From Marsupella aquatica (lineage: Eukaryota > Plantae > Marchantiophyta), in contig OZ316893.1 in NCBI GenBank assembly GCA_973895155.1, positions 24,417,520 through 24,481,519 on the forward strand: 64,000 nucleotides of DNA, written 5' to 3'. The notes under the pieces were generated by a model, which was given only the letters and a program-made list of their open reading frames with translations, was not told the origin of the DNA and ran no database searches. This document shows, one piece after another, positions 60,117-64,000 of this stretch. The stretch's first letter is position 1. The number at the start of each line of letters is the position of its first letter. The translations under genes were made by a program, and so were the position numbers.

Positions 60117-60959
60117 GCGATTGCACCAAAACCCAATTCCATCATCAGCTAGCTACTGTACCACTTGAGGCTCACAGCAGCTAGCTGTATAGACCGTCCT
60201 GCGGGTAAATCTATCGTCAGGACCCTTCAAGTCTTCGTCCTTGTCTGATCGAGTGCAGCCTGGTGCTGGTACGTGGCCCCGACAAAGCAACAATTGTTTT
60301 TGGAAGAAGCGACTTCTGGGCCTCCAATTCAGCTGGACACGAAAGGCTGCGTCCTAGGTCGTCAGCTCAGCCCAACTAGTCTCCACTCATGTAAAAGTTA
60401 GCTTGATACGTACATCTGTTTCATCATCCGGAACATATTATAAATATTTATTCGTAATACGTCAAGCCCCATCAGGCGAATTCTTACCAGCGACATTATA
60501 ATTATTTGTGCGATATGTTTGAGTCAGCCAGCTTCAATTGGATTGTAGCGAGTATCGAAAATTGCATGTCTTTTCCTTTCGATCAGAAAATGGGACAAAG
60601 TAGTAATCGTGTCGTACTCGTTTTCGTGTCCTGCATTGTGCTTTCTGTAGCTTGTTGAGAGTATTTGCCTTCAATTCACGATAGTTGTTTGTTGTCGCTG
60701 ATGTGATGGAATCTTCTGGATGTACAGAGAGTCGAGAAATCTAGTTCCCACTATATGAATTTGGAAACTTTTACGCGCAAGCAATGCATTTTTGGACTTT
60801 ACTTGTCTTTCAGCTCTAACAGATCGGAGACCTTGCTGCACGCCAATGTTTGATCGATGTCGTTGTCGGCAGCTACCTGTGCAGCCGTTCAAGCTTTCCG
60901 CGTCGAAGTACATATTGGGAAAGTGATCTACACGTGCCGCGACTCTAGTGATTTAAGCC

Positions 60960-63817
60960 ATGGCTACGGTTCATGCACTGCAGAACTTACTCAAACGACG
61001 CTCATGGGTCATTCTGGTTCTCATTTGGAGCAGCTGCTTCTTGACAGCCTGGCCGGCCGAAGCCGTCCTCACGAAGGACGACTATTCGGATGCATTGAAC
61101 AAATGCCTTCTCTACTTTGAAGGCCAGAGATCTGGACCAATTCCTTCTACCAGCCGGAACACTTGGCGAGGAGACTCTGGCCTTAATGACGGAGCCGACA
61201 ACAATGTATGTTATTCGACGTTCAATTAAAATACACAGAAACTTACCATTTAAATAAATGTCAGCATACAACGATTACACGGGTGGAGAGCGTATTAATC
61301 AATCCCTTCGCCGAATTAAGAAAAACTGCATTTGGAACTTGTGACCAGTTGGACAAATATTAATACTCACCTCTCAAATTTTGTCAACTCCGATCGAGAA
61401 AATTCTCTTATCAAAACCAACTCCATCTGCACAATCATACATTATATTGTCACTCGACTAATTGTTTCATGGTATTAAACAAAACTCATTTTCTCCAACA
61501 TATGCGTCAAATATATAGGTCGATCCTGACAGCTTCGTGAGGTAATCTATTTATGTAACCAGTTCTATACACAAAGGTCCAGGGATATCAACAACTCTGT
61601 TCCTATTTCCAGATCTAAGTATAGTATAGCATTTGCAGCTTAATTTCTTGAAGTAAACAAAACCCTTTTAATTTGCGTAATTAGACTATACTAAAAATAA
61701 CGGCGTTATAATTTTAAATAACTACCCTCAATTTGGTTCCATATGTAGTCATGAGCACAGTGGAAGAGAAATACTGGTGTTTGACGGCAAACGTTTTATA
61801 AATGCACCTCTCCACTCTAAGCGAAGCCAAATTCCCAGCGACCAGAACCTCACGGAAAGGCCTTCTCGCCAATACATTGATCTTGCTCTGTCTCCAGAAT
61901 GTCTGCTTTGCCCAGACATCAATACGAGATCGATATACCAGGCAAGCCAGACCTCAAGAAGGCGGTTCCAATGCTCGCTGAATTCATTATAGAAAGTATA
62001 CCACAAAGCGACAACCTTCCTGACCAAGTTACTATCTACCTTGCTACGTTATTTGGCTGATACACATATACATGAATCGTTAGAGAAGAAATGTAAATCG
62101 AATCATTCATTTTAGAGATCCTGCAGGTGGACTTGGTTGGAGGCTACTACGACGCTGGTGATAATGTGAAGTTCGGGGTACCCATGGCATTCACAGCTAC
62201 ACTATTGTCGTGGGGAATAATCGAGTATGGGCAGCAGCTGAAGGATGCAGGTCAGCTTGACTATGCCATGGAGGCTCTAAAGTGGATTCTAGACTATCTG
62301 CTCAAGGCCGTAGCCGGCCCCACGCAGATTTGGGTGCAGGTGGGCGATGCTGCAGCCGACCACGCCTGCTGGGAACGCCCTGAGGACATGGATACATCAC
62401 GACTATCACACCAGGTCAACGAGGGGCATCCTGGATCAGAGCCGGCTGCTGAAACTGCTGCAGCCCTGTCTGCAGGCTACATCGCCTTCAAGATCGTTGA
62501 TGCTGATTATGCGAACTTACTACTAGAGAAAGCAGAAATGGTGCGTTGTATCGTTTCAGCAAAGGTTGCACGTAATTATAAGGGTTTTCGGGCAGAACCT
62601 GACATTCCTTTGTTAGCAAGTTTGCGTGCCTCCAAACGTCAGTCGAATTCTCGTCGTTTGAGTGGGGTCATGATGTAGTCAAGACGCCTCACGACATGTC
62701 TATCAGACTCTCTAATCGGACCATTTGTCTTTAATAGACAAAACGCTCATGCATCAGTCTAGATAAGAGATGTATCAATAAGTTCTCTGTCAGATGTCAC
62801 TCTCAGTATTCAACTAGTCGATGCTTGTCTATGTTATGTTCATGCTTGTTTAGGGACATATGACATGAATCTATTTGATAATTATCTAATCGATTCGTGA
62901 TTTGATGATATGAACTGAGACGTACCCAATGCTTCGATTCTACCGAACCTTCTTTGAGTTGACAATCAGGAAAGTGTGATATGAGCTGCCAGGATCGAAC
63001 TGAGTAGATCTTGTACGTATATATGTTGCGCAGGCTTTCACTTTTGCAGATACTTACCGAGGATCCTTCGGTGACGCGTGCCCTTACTACTGCTCCTTCT
63101 CAGGCTATTACGTAAGCGCAGTCGGCCACATGAACTTAAATTTGAAGCTGCTTCGTTCGGTTCAGATTTTGGTTTCTAGGCTCATATAATTTCCATTAAA
63201 GATGTCAGTACCAAAATGGTATCGATGCTTCATATGAATTAACTACTATTTTGTGCGCGACTGGTGAACAATGCATAGATCCCACTTGAGATGTCTTAAG
63301 CGAGTTCATTGCCCCACTCAACGAGTTATTTTCTTAGCCTTATTTTGGTAGCGCATAATTTGTCCTTAATTCTGAGAAATTAATCTGAGAATACTATTTG
63401 AAGCCTAAAGTCATAACTAAAGTTAAGACTTGATTACTCATGGTTCCTACCCAATACTGGAAGCCTTGATCCCTTCTCCTTCGGAGTTAGGAGACCAGAG
63501 TGGCAAGCCCCTGACCCCCATTTTTTTTGGATCGACTGAGCCTGAACTGCTTTCTGGACAAACTTAGATCATAAATGAATCCCTTTTCCCTTCGTCATAT
63601 CTCGTTGACATCATTGAAACTCACGTCTCGGTATATCGTTGCTCACATACGACTGTTATTGCAGGATGAGCTGCTGTGGGGCGCAGCTTGGTTGTACAGA
63701 GCAACCAGAAGCGACACGTACTTGAGCTACGTCCAAAATAACGTAGGATGGAGCTATAGTATGGACGAATTCTTGTGGGACAACAAGTTCGCTGGCGTCC
63801 AGGTTCTCCTATCCAAG
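60960..63817 (+). CDS. Glycoside hydrolase family 9 endo-1,4-beta-glucanase, paralog 3 (5' part; continues beyond the window)
   Basis: Exons 60960-61205, 62127-62540, 63034-63111 and 63665-63817. Signal peptide, [70 protein letters not shown]. Confidence 0.95.
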
Positions 63818-64000
63818 GTTCGTCGATGACAGTTCTAGAGATTTAAAGCAAAACATCTATTGATTGTGAGTACAGCAAACGATGCAAAGATATACCCCCA
63901 GCCAATTTTCCATAGATGTAAAGGTGGACAGAGAAGTAAAGTACAGCTGGCTTAATCTTACTAGTTTAATTTGTGGACCGTTCTGCAGTTTGATTTAGAG

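Overview
Eukaryotic nuclear DNA from a land plant, probably a bryophyte such as a liverwort (inferred from gene content and intron style, not proven). It has GT-AG introns and no prokaryotic features. The left ~17 kb is repeat-rich. It holds a complete but decayed 5.2-kb two-gene PIF/Harbinger (PHIS) transposon (15-bp TIRs, AGT target duplication) with a nested MITE and a solo LTR, plus other small foldback and tandem repeats. Next comes an 8-exon atypical SDR/NAD(P)-binding (YeeZ-like) gene with a probable GC-AG first intron. A small, GC3-biased hydrophobic ORF sits just upstream of it, followed by a ~150-bp tandem array. The right half is a cluster of three paralogous GH9 endo-1,4-beta-glucanase genes (the third runs off the window). 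Nested among them are two convergent, coding-intronless genes that each encode two tandem, divergent ABI3/LAV-like B3 domains. All exon boundaries were read by eye, and family assignments come from motif recognition, not database searches.
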